Below are positions 1 to 9,476 of a stretch of 64,000 bases of DNA, one piece after another. A model generated the notes under the pieces. That model was not told the DNA's origin and did not search any database. It worked only from the letters and a program-made list of their open reading frames with translations. Made by a program: the position numbers and the translations under genes. Source of the DNA: an uncultured Flavobacteriaceae bacterium (GTDB lineage Bacteria; Bacteroidota; Bacteroidia; Flavobacteriales; Flavobacteriaceae); NCBI GenBank assembly GCA_937890575.1, contig CALADZ010000098.1, positions 5,594-69,593 of the forward strand, in the 5' to 3' direction. Numbering within the stretch: the stretch's first letter is position 1; every line of letters begins with the position of its first letter.

Positions 1-1
1 A

Positions 2-499
2 GCCATTCGCATCATGAAAGAGAGCGGTGCCCACGCCGTAAAATTAGAGGGAGGAAAAGAGATCAAAGAATCCATTAAGCGCATTCTTCATGCAGGTATC
101 CCGGTCATGGGTCATTTAGGGCTAACGCCACAATCTATTTACAAGTTTGGCACCTATACCGTACGCGCCAAAGAGCAAGAGGAGGCATTACGACTGAAAG
201 AGGATGCCTTATTGCTTCAAGAATTAGGCTGTTTTGGGATGGTTATCGAAAAAGTGCCCGCTGTTTTGGCCCAGGAAGTGGCCCAATCACTTCACATGCC
301 CGTCATTGGAATTGGTGCCGGTTCTGGTGTTGATGGCCAAGTACTAGTCATTCATGATTTGTTGGGGATGACCCATGAGTTTAGTCCTAGATTTTTAAGG
401 CGTTACATGAATTTATACCACGACATGAGTCAAGCTATCGGCCAATACGTCGCTGACGTAAAGGCCGTAGATTTTCCTAACGCCCAAGAACAGTACTAG
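2..499 (+). CDS. panB: 3-methyl-2-oxobutanoate hydroxymethyltransferase, C-terminal part (5' end outside window)
   Basis: Frame is open to the left edge. AVKLEGG and [14 protein letters not shown] motifs are typical of PanB. Confidence 0.9.
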   Translation, partial: AIRIMKESGAHAVKLEGGKEIKESIKRILHAGIPVMGHLGLTPQSIYKFGTYTVRAKEQEEALRLKEDALLLQELGCFGMVIEKVPAVLAQEVAQSLHMPVIGIGAGSGVDGQVLVIHDLLGMTHEFSPRFLRRYMNLYHDMSQAIGQYVADVKAVDFPNAQEQY

Positions 500-501
500 T
501 C

Positions 502-1209
502 TTGTCTCATTCAAACGAAACAAACCTTCAAATCCTCTATGAGGACAACCACCTCATGGTGGTGAACAAAAGGGCTGGCGACCTAGTTCAGGGAGACCAT
601 ACCGGGGACTTACCTTTAGGGGAATACATCAAATCATTCATCAAAAAAAGGGATCACAAGCCCGGCGCCGTATACTTAGGTGTACCTCACCGACTTGACC
701 GACCCACTACTGGTTTGGTCGTATACGCCAAAAGTTCCAAAGCACTTCCCAGACTCAATAAGCTATTTGCCGAGAAACAAGCAAAAAAAACCTATTGGGC
801 GATTGTGAAGCATGCGCCTCAAAATCCAAGTGGAGAGCTGATTCATTATCTGGTGCGCAACACCAAGCAAAACAAGTCGTACGCGCATATTAAGCCAGTT
901 GGTGATTCCAAGTTAGCTTCATTGAGTTACAAAACGCTGGTGAAACTAGACAATTATACGCTGCTAGAAATCGATTTACACACGGGTAGACATCACCAAA
1001 TTAGGGCACAGCTTGCCGCCCTGGGCAGTCCCATCAAAGGAGATTTAAAATACGGTTTCGATCGATCAAATCCAGATGGAAGTATTTCCTTGCACGCCAG
1101 ATCACTAGCCTTTATCCATCCCGTTCAACAAAAGCCACTAATGATTACTGCTCCTGTGCCTAAAGATTCATTGTGGCAGGCATTTGCCCAGGTGCTTCAG
1201 ACTGATTGA
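502..1209 (+). CDS. RluA-family RNA pseudouridine synthase
   Basis: ILYEDNHLMVVNK and HRLDRPTTGLV (catalytic Asp) motifs. The only start that keeps the conserved N-terminus is TTG, 2 nt after the panB stop. Confidence 0.85.
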   Translation: MSHSNETNLQILYEDNHLMVVNKRAGDLVQGDHTGDLPLGEYIKSFIKKRDHKPGAVYLGVPHRLDRPTTGLVVYAKSSKALPRLNKLFAEKQAKKTYWAIVKHAPQNPSGELIHYLVRNTKQNKSYAHIKPVGDSKLASLSYKTLVKLDNYTLLEIDLHTGRHHQIRAQLAALGSPIKGDLKYGFDRSNPDGSISLHARSLAFIHPVQQKPLMITAPVPKDSLWQAFAQVLQTD

Positions 1210-2528
1210 GGGGTAAATTGAGGTTCTTTAACCCTAAATAGCAAAACAATCCCCCACACGAAAAATAACCCCAATACTACGATTGCAATCCTCATATCCC
1301 CCGTATATTGAGCGACAGCTCCGTAGATTAGGGTACCCAAAACGATCCCCCATTTCTCCGCTGAATCATAAAAACTGAAGTAAGAAGCCGTGTCCTCAGT
1401 CTCTGGCAAAAATTTGGCATAAGTCGCTCTAGACAACGCTTGAACAGAACCCATCACCCAACCGACAAAAAATGCAGCTAAGTAAAAATCTGCTGGGGTC
1501 TCCAAGAAAAATGCGTCAATACATATCAACACCCAAAGGGTATTAATCACCATCAAAATGCGAATATTTCCCCATTTGGCGGCTGCCTTTGCCGTGACCA
1601 AGGCGCCTGCAATGGCGACCAGCTGAATCAATAACATACTGACAATAAGCCCGGTAGTTCGCTCCTGGTCACTACCCCAAGCAATTTCTTGCTCCCCATA
1701 AAAAGCGGCCACCAACATGATGGTTTGCACGGCCATATTATACACAAAATAGGCCCTAAGGTACCTGCTGAGCATCAATTGATTTTTGAGTTGTTTGGCT
1801 ACTGATATGAGTTCTGACACACCTCCAAAAAATAATTTATTCAGAGAACCCGAGCTAGGATGTCCCTTAGGCATGTAGTAAAAAGAATATTGGCTAAATA
1901 TAAACCACCAAAGCCCCACACTGATAAAGGAATAACGCATGGCTTTGATCGCTGCCTCACCATCTGAACCAGTAATTCCAAATACTTCTGGTTTCATGAC
2001 CATGGCCAAATTGATCAACAGCAACAATACACTCCCTACATATCCCAAAGAAAATCCTTTAGCGCTGATTTGATTTTGCTGTTCTTTATAGGCAATGTCT
2101 GGCAAGTACGAATTATTGAGCGCGTAACTCACCCAAAAGCCAACTAACCCGAAAAAGTAAGCGGCTAAACTGAAATAAATCTGGGATAACGAAAACCAAT
2201 ACAAAGCGACACAGGAGAGACTTCCCAAGTAACAAAACAACTTCATGAAGATTTTTTTATTGCCTAAATAGTCAGCCATCCCGGCGATTATGGGGGTGAT
2301 TAATGCAATCGCCAAAAAAGCAGCTGAAGTCACATAGCTAATCAATGGACCCCGCTCCATATCGATACCAAATACATGAATGGTCTCTATACCCTCCATG
2401 CGAAATAAGGCGCCGTAGAAAATAGGAAATAGCGCTGATGTGATGACTAAGCTGTAAACGGAATTGGCCCAATCGTAAAAGGCCCAGGCAAAAAGAAGCT
2501 TTTTACTTCCTTTCTCTAATTGAGGCAT
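1197..2528 (-). CDS. MFS transporter (UMF1/Atg22-like)
   Basis: 443 aa with many hydrophobic segments and an N-terminal FAWAFYDWANSVYS motif. The 3' end overlaps the rluA-like gene by 13 nt. Confidence 0.75.
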   Translation of the reverse strand: MPQLEKGSKKLLFAWAFYDWANSVYSLVITSALFPIFYGALFRMEGIETIHVFGIDMERGPLISYVTSAAFLAIALITPIIAGMADYLGNKKIFMKLFCYLGSLSCVALYWFSLSQIYFSLAAYFFGLVGFWVSYALNNSYLPDIAYKEQQNQISAKGFSLGYVGSVLLLLINLAMVMKPEVFGITGSDGEAAIKAMRYSFISVGLWWFIFSQYSFYYMPKGHPSSGSLNKLFFGGVSELISVAKQLKNQLMLSRYLRAYFVYNMAVQTIMLVAAFYGEQEIAWGSDQERTTGLIVSMLLIQLVAIAGALVTAKAAAKWGNIRILMVINTLWVLICIDAFFLETPADFYLAAFFVGWVMGSVQALSRATYAKFLPETEDTASYFSFYDSAEKWGIVLGTLIYGAVAQYTGDMRIAIVVLGLFFVWGIVLLFRVKEPQFTPQSV

Positions 2529-2583
2529 ATGTTTTAATTTTAAATATAATACAAGTTACTGACAAGTCTTCCTTGGGATAAAC

Positions 2584-2591
2584 TAATTTTG
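2584..2591 (+). promoter_or_regulatory. putative -7 box (TAATTTTG) for the lipoprotein-msrB operon
   Basis: Exact TAnnTTTG, 43 nt before ATG 2635. Confidence 0.4.
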
Positions 2592-2634
2592 GTACGCTTT
2601 TTGGTTTACATTTTAAAACATTAATCCAACTCCT

Positions 2635-3117
2635 ATGAAACGATTTCTATTATCACTCGTTGCCCTATTTTTTCTTTATTCCTGCGAAAAAAACACCTAT
2701 GTCGAGGAAACAGCGGAACTTCCCAAGGTGCTGGAAATCACGGCAGATTTCACCCCGAACAACAACTTTTCCTACCTCTATACATTACCCACCAATATGG
2801 TTGTGTATGAATCAGACATCATGCTGGTCTACCTAGAAGAACAAGTGGTCAATGGAAACGAATCGGTATGGACACTACTACCTCAAAGTTTTTTTAGTGA
2901 TCTCGGCACTTTCCAGTACAGCTATAACCACACCTACTACGACATCAATTTGATGATGTATGGTAATTTCAACCTCCAACTTCTTCCAACTAACCTTACT
3001 TTAGGTCAACGATTTAGGATAGCCATTTTGCCAGCAGCTTATGCGGAGCAAAATCCTGAAGCAATGAGTGATATGAATGCATTGATGCGCGATGCGCAAA
3101 CCTTCACTAACTTTTAG
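2635..3117 (+). CDS. hypothetical lipoprotein
   Basis: Signal peptide ends in LYSC (lipobox-like). No recognisable domain. Lies 9 nt upstream of msrB. Confidence 0.6.
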   Translation: MKRFLLSLVALFFLYSCEKNTYVEETAELPKVLEITADFTPNNNFSYLYTLPTNMVVYESDIMLVYLEEQVVNGNESVWTLLPQSFFSDLGTFQYSYNHTYYDINLMMYGNFNLQLLPTNLTLGQRFRIAILPAAYAEQNPEAMSDMNALMRDAQTFTNF

Positions 3118-3126
3118 ATCCAAGCG

Positions 3127-3612
3127 ATGAAACCATTTAAGTTCTTCTGTATTTTACTGTTCATGTCTGCAGGTATGGTGCAGGTATATGGTCAAACACC
3201 TTTGCCTAAACCCAAAAAACTGAGCGTGCAACAAGATCGAGAAAAACTCAAGCAAACACTTGATCCTCAGGCTTATCAAGTCCTCTGCAACGAAGCGACC
3301 GAAGCACCGTTTTCCAGTCCACTACTCGCCATTAAAGACAAGGGGATCTATGTGTGTAAAGCGTGTAAAGCCCCCTTGTTTCAAAGTCAAAATAAGTATG
3401 ATTCAGGATCTGGCTGGCCTTCATTTGATCGCGCCATTCCCGGTAGTGTGGTTTACACTACTGATCGCAGCTTAGGCATGACCAGAATCGAGGAACAATG
3501 CGCCAATTGTGGAGGACACTTGGGACATTTTTTTGATGATGGGCCTAAAGAAACTACGGGAAATAGGCACTGCATCAATGGATCCGCGCTTGAATTTATA
3601 CCAGCTAAGTAG
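3127..3612 (+). CDS. msrB: peptide-methionine (R)-S-oxide reductase MsrB, with N-terminal signal peptide
   Basis: SGSGWPSF and RHCINGSAL motifs with two CxxC pairs. The N-terminus MKPFKFFCILLFMSAGMVQVYG is signal-like. Confidence 0.9.
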   Translation: MKPFKFFCILLFMSAGMVQVYGQTPLPKPKKLSVQQDREKLKQTLDPQAYQVLCNEATEAPFSSPLLAIKDKGIYVCKACKAPLFQSQNKYDSGSGWPSFDRAIPGSVVYTTDRSLGMTRIEEQCANCGGHLGHFFDDGPKETTGNRHCINGSALEFIPAK

Positions 3613-3622
3613 AAATCTTTTG

Positions 3623-3630
3623 TACCTTTG
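3623..3630 (+). promoter_or_regulatory. putative -7 box (TACCTTTG) for lpd
   Basis: Exact TAnnTTTG, 33 nt before ATG 3664. Confidence 0.4.
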
Positions 3631-3663
3631 CCGCCGTAAACCTATTCTTTAAAATAGACGTAT

Positions 3664-5055
3664 ATGAGTGCATTTGACGTTATTGTTTTGGGCAGTGGTC
3701 CAGGTGGATATGTAACTGCTATTCGCGCTGCACAGCTCGGATTGAAAACCGCTGTTGTAGAAAAAGAAAGCTTGGGAGGTGTCTGCCTAAATTGGGGGTG
3801 TATTCCCACTAAAGCACTCTTAAAATCAGCTCAAGTATTTGAGTATTTAAAGCACGCATCTGACTACGGATTAAAAGTTAGTGGTGTGGACAAGGACTTC
3901 AATGCTGTGGTCAAAAGAAGTAGATCGGTGGCTGATGGAATGAGCAAGGGAGTTCAATTTTTGATGAAAAAAAATAAAATTGAGGTCATCAAAGGTTATG
4001 GTACCCTGCAGCCTGGAAAAAAAGTTTCGGTTAAAGATGAGTCTGGGAAAGAAACCGTATACACGGCGCAACATATTATTATAGCTACAGGAGCACGCAG
4101 CCGTGAATTGCCCAATTTACCCCAAGACGGAAAAAAAATCATCGGTTACAGACAAGCAATGACTTTGCAGGAACAACCAAAAAAACTAGTGGTTGTTGGA
4201 AGTGGAGCTATTGGTATTGAGTTTGCTTATTTCTACAATTCTATGGGCACTGAGGTGACCGTTGTGGAATATTTGCCGAGAATTGTACCCGTTGAAGATG
4301 AAGATGTTTCTAAACAACTAGAAAAAAGCTTCAAAAAGTCTGGTATTGAAATCATGACCTCTAGCGAGGTGACTCAAGTGGATACCTCAGGAAAAGGGGT
4401 TGTAGTCCATGTAAAGACGGCTAATGGAAATATCTCTATTCAAGCAGATGTAGTTCTGTCAGCGGTAGGTATCAAAACTAATATTGAAAATATCGGTTTA
4501 GAAGCCGTTGGAATCGCAACAGATCGCGACAAAATCTTGGTCAATGATTTTTATCAAACCAATATTCCCGGTTACTACGCCATTGGTGACGTCACCCCAG
4601 GGCCAGCGCTTGCTCACGTAGCTTCAGCAGAGGGAATACTTTGCGTTGAAAAAATAGCCCAAATGCACGTAGAACCTTTGGATTACGGCAACATTCCTGG
4701 GTGTACTTATTGCACTCCAGAAATCGCATCAGTAGGGCTTACCGAAAAACAAGCGATGGAAAAAGGATATGAAATCAAAGTAGGCAAATTCCCTTTTACT
4801 GCTAGTGGTAAAGCACAAGCAGGTGGAAATCCTGATGGATTTGTCAAGGTTATTTTTGATGCCAAATACGGCGAATGGTTAGGCTGTCACATGATCGGAA
4901 CTGGAGTTACCGACATGATTGCAGAAGCTGTTGTGGCGCGCAAATTAGAGACTACAGGACATGAAATCCTTAAATCAGTTCACCCTCACCCAACCATGAG
5001 TGAGGCAGTGATGGAGGCTGTAGCAGATGCGTACGGTGAAGTGATCCACTTGTAG
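3664..5055 (+). CDS. lpdA: dihydrolipoyl dehydrogenase
   Basis: GSGPGGY FAD-binding motif, redox-active CLNWGCIPTK, and C-terminal HPHPTMSE. Confidence 0.95.
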   Translation: MSAFDVIVLGSGPGGYVTAIRAAQLGLKTAVVEKESLGGVCLNWGCIPTKALLKSAQVFEYLKHASDYGLKVSGVDKDFNAVVKRSRSVADGMSKGVQFLMKKNKIEVIKGYGTLQPGKKVSVKDESGKETVYTAQHIIIATGARSRELPNLPQDGKKIIGYRQAMTLQEQPKKLVVVGSGAIGIEFAYFYNSMGTEVTVVEYLPRIVPVEDEDVSKQLEKSFKKSGIEIMTSSEVTQVDTSGKGVVVHVKTANGNISIQADVVLSAVGIKTNIENIGLEAVGIATDRDKILVNDFYQTNIPGYYAIGDVTPGPALAHVASAEGILCVEKIAQMHVEPLDYGNIPGCTYCTPEIASVGLTEKQAMEKGYEIKVGKFPFTASGKAQAGGNPDGFVKVIFDAKYGEWLGCHMIGTGVTDMIAEAVVARKLETTGHEILKSVHPHPTMSEAVMEAVADAYGEVIHL

Positions 5056-5073
5056 TTATCCATACTAATCAAT

Positions 5074-5101
5074 AAAAAGGGCGCCCAAAAGGCGCCCTTT
5101 T
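5074..5101. terminator. bidirectional intrinsic terminator between lpd and aroQ
   Basis: GGGCGCC (5079-5085) pairs with GGCGCCC (5091-5097), loop CAAAA. Flanked by an A-run and a T-run. Confidence 0.8.
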
Positions 5102-5121
5102 GCGTATCGAATCCCTAGAAT

Positions 5122-5547
5122 TTAACGCGTCATCTTTTTAAGCGCCATAATGGCCAGTCGGTAACTATCCAACCCAAATCCCAAAATTACTCCGTTGACG
5201 ACTGGAGATAAAAAGGAGTCTTTTCTGAAGGACTCCCGAGCATGTGTGTTGGAAATATGGACTTCCACTACAGGAGCTGGAACTGCTTTAACCGCATCTG
5301 CTATCCCCACAGATGTATGAGTATACGCCGCAGCATTCAAAATAATTCCATCGTATTCAAATCCTGACTGCTGTATTTTATCAATCAGCTCACCTTCAAT
5401 ATTGGACTGATATTCGGCTAAGTGATCCTCTGGAAACAAAGCTTTGAGTTCGGCAAAATAATCCGCAAATGTTTTGTTTCCGTACACTTCCGGCTCTCGT
5501 TTACCCAACAGGTTGATGTTGGGTCCATTGATGATCATCCACTTCAT
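5122..5547 (-). CDS. aroQ: type II 3-dehydroquinate dehydratase
   Basis: INGPNINLLGKREPEVYG and HISNTHARE motifs; 141 aa. Confidence 0.93.
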   Translation of the reverse strand: MKWMIINGPNINLLGKREPEVYGNKTFADYFAELKALFPEDHLAEYQSNIEGELIDKIQQSGFEYDGIILNAAAYTHTSVGIADAVKAVPAPVVEVHISNTHARESFRKDSFLSPVVNGVILGFGLDSYRLAIMALKKMTR

Positions 5548-5620
5548 ATCGTTTGTTACTGATTATTGAGCAAAGTACCCGCAATTTACAAATTATGCGT
5601 GAAGATGTGTATTTTTAAGC

Positions 5621-6517
5621 ATGCAATGGGATAATGCCATTAAAGGATATCTTCAGTACCTTAAACTAGAGCGAGGGTTGTCAGACAATACGATAAAGAG
5701 CTATCGTTTTGACCTGGTTGATCTCGCAAAAAACATGGAAGAATTTGGAGTAAGCGGTTTACCCCTAGCCCTTGATCACCAACATATTCAGTCGTGGACT
5801 TATGGTTTGACTAAACGTGTCGGACCCGCAACATCAGCTAGAATGATCACTTCTGCCAAGGGTTTTTTTCAGTATTTATTGTTGGAACAATGGAGAACTG
5901 ACCATCCAATGCGCATCACTGAGCGACCTCGATTGGGCAGAAAACTTCCAGACACCCTATCCGAGCAAGAAATCAACCGATTAATTGAATCTATTGACCG
6001 AAGTACCAAAGAAGGGGAGCGAAATTACACTATGTTGGAAACTTTGTATGGATGTGGTCTTAGGGTTAGCGAATTAGTTCAACTCAAATGTTCCGATTTA
6101 TTTTTCAAAGAGGGATTCATTCGGGTATTGGGCAAGGGAAATAAAGAACGGTTAGTGCCCCTGAGCGACTTCAATGCTCGTTGCATCATCAGGTATCAAA
6201 ATGAGTTAAGACACTTGTGGGATCCAAAAAAAGGGTATGAAGATTTTTTATTTTTTAATCGGCGTAATGCCCCGCTGACTCGGGCTATGGTGTTTACCAT
6301 CATCAAGCAACTCGGTATAAAAATAGGTATATCAAAAAAAATAAGCCCGCACACTTTTAGGCACTCATTTGCCACGCATCTTTTGGAAAACGGAGCGGAT
6401 TTACGATCTATTCAACAGATGCTGGGCCACCAAAGCATTACCACAACAGAGATTTACATGCATGTAGACCGAAGTAAATTAGCTTCTGTGCTAAAAAAAT
6501 TTCATCCCAGGAGCTGA
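5621..6517 (+). CDS. xerD: site-specific tyrosine recombinase XerD-like
   Basis: HTFRHSFATHLL and GHQSITTTEIYMHV catalytic region; 298 aa. Confidence 0.88.
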   Translation: MQWDNAIKGYLQYLKLERGLSDNTIKSYRFDLVDLAKNMEEFGVSGLPLALDHQHIQSWTYGLTKRVGPATSARMITSAKGFFQYLLLEQWRTDHPMRITERPRLGRKLPDTLSEQEINRLIESIDRSTKEGERNYTMLETLYGCGLRVSELVQLKCSDLFFKEGFIRVLGKGNKERLVPLSDFNARCIIRYQNELRHLWDPKKGYEDFLFFNRRNAPLTRAMVFTIIKQLGIKIGISKKISPHTFRHSFATHLLENGADLRSIQQMLGHQSITTTEIYMHVDRSKLASVLKKFHPRS

Positions 6518-6547
6518 ATTAATTATATTTAAATAAAACTATAACTT

Positions 6548-7966
6548 ATGACCAATAAATGGATGTGGTGTGTATTCTTAGGGATGTACACCGGATTATG
6601 GGCTCAGAAAACCACGCCAGAACTTCAATCATTGACTAAAAAAGCGGCTGAATATGCCGCTATCTCAGACCAGATTTGGGACTGGGCCGAAATGGGTTAT
6701 CAAGAAGTACAAAGCAGTGCTTTATTGGCTGAAACACTCAGAAAACAAGGATTTAAAATTACTATGGGCGTAGCGGGAATTCCGACTGCATTTGTCGCAG
6801 AATACGGAGAATCAGGGCCCACGCTAGGCATTTTAGGTGAATACGACGCACTTCCTGGACTTTCCCAACAGGCGATTCCTATGTTGGCATCTGCTGGAGG
6901 TGTAGCAGGGCACGGATGCGGGCACCATTTATTTGGAACGGCCTCTGTTGCAGCAGCCATAGAAGTGAAAAACTTTTTATCCCGGACAGGTACTCCGGGT
7001 AAAATTAAATTTTTCGGGTGTCCTGCTGAAGAAGGGGGTTCTGGAAAAGTATATATGGTCCGTGAGGGTTTGTTTAATGAGGTGGATGTAGTGCTGCACT
7101 GGCATCCAGCATCCACACACAGTGCCTCAGCTGCAGCATCACTGGCCAACAAGTCGGCTAAGTTTAGATTTAGAGGAATCTCTGCACATGCTGCAGCTGC
7201 ACCAGATCAGGGACGTTCAGCCTTGGATGCCGTTGAAGCGATGAACATGATGGTGAACATGATGCGTGAACACATTCCCGATGGATCTCGTATTCACTAC
7301 GTCATTACAGACGGAGGCAAAGCGCCCAATGTAGTTCCCAACTTTGCAGAGGTCTATTACTACGCTCGCGATAAAGATCGTCAAGTGGTCATGAACATTT
7401 TTGACCGGATTGTTAAAGCTGCTGAGGGGGCTGCCCTGGGTACTGAAACCCAAATGGACTATGAAATTATTGGCGGCACGCACGAATTACTACCCAATTT
7501 GACATTACAACGCATGGTTCATGAGAAGTTGGTTCAAGTCGGTGGATATAGTTATAGTGAATCAGAGAAAGAATTTGCTGAGAGCATCTTTAAAACCTTG
7601 GAAAAACCACTGCCGATTAGTACCGCTGAAAAAATTGTTCCTTTTAAAGAAGTGGGCACTCCGGGTGGATCAACAGATGTAGGCGATGTGAGTTTTGCTG
7701 TTCCCACAGTGGGTATGCGCATTGCTACATGGGCTCCGGGTACTCCCTCACACAGTTGGCAAGCTGTAGCTGCTGGAAAAACTAGCATAGCGCACAAAGG
7801 AATGATGGTCGCTGCAAAAACGATTACCTTAAGTGCTATTGAATTGTTCGAAAAACCCAAATTGATCGAACAAGCTAAAGTTGAGTTTATTCAAAGAAGG
7901 GGTAAAAATTTCACGTACACCCCTTTAATTGGAGATAGGACTCCTGCACTGGACTACAGAAACTAA
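6548..7966 (+). CDS. M20-family amidohydrolase/peptidase (AbgB-like), exported
   Basis: HGCGHHLFG and GCPAEEGGSGK metal-binding motifs, plus an N-terminal signal-like segment. Confidence 0.8.
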   Translation: MTNKWMWCVFLGMYTGLWAQKTTPELQSLTKKAAEYAAISDQIWDWAEMGYQEVQSSALLAETLRKQGFKITMGVAGIPTAFVAEYGESGPTLGILGEYDALPGLSQQAIPMLASAGGVAGHGCGHHLFGTASVAAAIEVKNFLSRTGTPGKIKFFGCPAEEGGSGKVYMVREGLFNEVDVVLHWHPASTHSASAAASLANKSAKFRFRGISAHAAAAPDQGRSALDAVEAMNMMVNMMREHIPDGSRIHYVITDGGKAPNVVPNFAEVYYYARDKDRQVVMNIFDRIVKAAEGAALGTETQMDYEIIGGTHELLPNLTLQRMVHEKLVQVGGYSYSESEKEFAESIFKTLEKPLPISTAEKIVPFKEVGTPGGSTDVGDVSFAVPTVGMRIATWAPGTPSHSWQAVAAGKTSIAHKGMMVAAKTITLSAIELFEKPKLIEQAKVEFIQRRGKNFTYTPLIGDRTPALDYRN

Positions 7967-7969
7967 ATG

Positions 7970-7998
7970 AAAAACGCTCCTTTAGGAGCGTTTTTTTT
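7970..7998. terminator. bidirectional intrinsic terminator between the M20 gene and the acyltransferase gene
   Basis: CGCTCC (7975-7980) pairs with GGAGCG (7985-7990), loop TTTA. Has a 5' A-run and a 3' T8. The hairpin contains the minus-strand stop codon. Confidence 0.75.
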
Positions 7999-8812
7999 GT
8001 GATGCACTGTATCGCCTTAGCTGGTTTTCTTCTTCCATCTGAGCTATTTGCTCTGGCATTAATACCTTGAGGAATGAAGGGTGTTGCTCAATTGCAAACT
8101 CAATTTTTTCTACGATCTGTTCGACCGTATCCAGTTCATAATCAATTTCCATAGGTGGCTTAATCACCATGGATTGAAGAATCCCTTTCTTTTTTACCAA
8201 CAGCCCTTTTTTGTCAAACGATCTTCTAAAACCATCGATCACCACGGGGACCACCACAGGCTTATACTTTTTAATGATGTGGGCTGTACCCTTTCGTATA
8301 GGTTTCCAAGGTGTGGTGGTTCCTTGAGGAAAAGTAATCACCCAACCATCTTCAAGGGCGCGACCAATGTTGGTGATATCGCTCATTTTAACCTGTCGAT
8401 TAACATCCTGTCCTTCTGCTCTCCAAGTGCGTTCAATACTTATAGAACCTGCATAGGCAAGTATTTTAGCCAAAAGACTCTGTTTCATGGTCTCAGCGGC
8501 AGCAACGTAGTACAGATTAAGTTTAGGATTCCACAGGTAAGCCACATTCTCAATCGAATCCACCCTACCCTTAAGACTCGCATTAAACACGTGAAACATG
8601 GCTACCACATCTGCGAAATAAGTCTGGTGATTGCTCACAAACAAAACATTGGTCTCAGGGAGTTGGCGTATCACTTCAGACCCTTCAATCTGTAGTTTGT
8701 TAAACCCTTTATATCGTTGATGTGTCAACGCTCCTAAATAACGAATCAACCACTTTTTTAACACCAAATAATGGCCAAAAGGATTTTTCTTCAACAACAG
8801 CATACGTTCCAT
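7982..8812 (-). CDS. lysophospholipid (1-acyl-sn-glycerol-3-phosphate) acyltransferase family protein
   Basis: FVSNHQTYFAD (H..D block) and FPQGTT block. Confidence 0.75.
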   Translation of the reverse strand: MERMLLLKKNPFGHYLVLKKWLIRYLGALTHQRYKGFNKLQIEGSEVIRQLPETNVLFVSNHQTYFADVVAMFHVFNASLKGRVDSIENVAYLWNPKLNLYYVAAAETMKQSLLAKILAYAGSISIERTWRAEGQDVNRQVKMSDITNIGRALEDGWVITFPQGTTTPWKPIRKGTAHIIKKYKPVVVPVVIDGFRRSFDKKGLLVKKKGILQSMVIKPPMEIDYELDTVEQIVEKIEFAIEQHPSFLKVLMPEQIAQMEEENQLRRYSASQKKRS

Positions 8813-8820
8813 TTAGGGGT

Positions 8821-8828
8821 CAAAAATA
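8821..8828 (-). promoter_or_regulatory. putative -7 box (TATTTTTG) for the acyltransferase gene
   Basis: Exact TAnnTTTG on the minus strand, 8 nt before ATG 8812. Confidence 0.45.
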
Positions 8829-8834
8829 CACATT

Positions 8835-9476
8835 TTAAGAGACTACCTCTGTGAGTAGCGCCCTTATTTCACTCAACACCATCGCGGTAGCTCCCCATAC
8901 GGTTTGTCCATGGGCATCAAAAGCCGGGAAACTCAATTTTATTCCAGTATCTGTAGTTACTACATGTTCGGTATACTTTGGGAATTCTATAAATGTTTCT
9001 GTAGACCAGGGAATCAATTCTTCTACTTCACGTGCATCCTTGACAAATTGATTATGGGGATATAGGCCCATAAACGGGTAAACCAAATGATTTGAGGGCG
9101 GAATATATAGGGGGGTTAATGGCGTGATTTCACGGATCAATTCCGGTTGAATGCCTACCTCTTCCCTAGCCTCGCGCAGAGCCGTTGATAGATGGTCTGG
9201 GTCACATAGTTCGCGACGTCCACCGGGAAAAGCAATTTGACCTGAATGTGTCTGTCCATCGACTGCCCGTTTAATCAACAACAAATGTGTATGATTGTTC
9301 TGGTCAGGATAAAACAAGGCCAGTACAGCGGCGTGTTTAGGACTATATTGATCTGGATTTTCTCGGATCATCTGTTGATAGCGCAACGGATGGGTCATTT
9401 TACCTTGTGCAGCTATACCCGGTAACGGCAAATGTTTTAATTTTGAGGCTATGTCCGAGAAAACACTAAAATCCAT
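8835..9476 (-). CDS. NUDIX hydrolase, CoA pyrophosphatase-like
   Basis: Nudix box GQIAFPGGRRELCDPDHLSTALREAREEVGI. Confidence 0.8.
   Translation of the reverse strand: MDFSVFSDIASKLKHLPLPGIAAQGKMTHPLRYQQMIRENPDQYSPKHAAVLALFYPDQNNHTHLLLIKRAVDGQTHSGQIAFPGGRRELCDPDHLSTALREAREEVGIQPELIREITPLTPLYIPPSNHLVYPFMGLYPHNQFVKDAREVEELIPWSTETFIEFPKYTEHVVTTDTGIKLSFPAFDAHGQTVWGATAMVLSEIRALLTEVVS
9438..9445 (+). promoter_or_regulatory. putative -7 box (TAATTTTG) for the PPIase gene, inside the Nudix CDS
   Basis: Exact TAnnTTTG, 5 nt before ATG 9451. Confidence 0.45.

Noticed and set aside
3260-3475. Same-strand alternative-frame ORF (71 aa) inside msrB.
   Set aside because: It is fully nested in the msrB catalytic-domain coding region, has no recognisable motif and shows no upstream promoter or translation signal.
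5621-6517. The tyrosine recombinase as a marker of an integrated mobile element or genomic island.
   Set aside because: Its size and motifs fit housekeeping XerD, and it sits next to aroQ as in many Bacteroidota. There is no adjacent tRNA, direct repeat, excisionase or cargo gene, and the flanking genes are core metabolism.
8081-8695. Long antisense ORFs inside well-supported genes. Examples are 8081-8695 (204 aa), 25037-25591 (184 aa), 6700-7152 (150 aa), 41388-41729, 52713-53063, 60321-60659 and 15602-15907.
   Set aside because: Each lies wholly within, and antisense to, a gene with clear family motifs. Their translations are low-complexity or biased (rich in S, R, F, H, with no motifs). 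They have no -7 box or independent start context. They are typical shadow ORFs.
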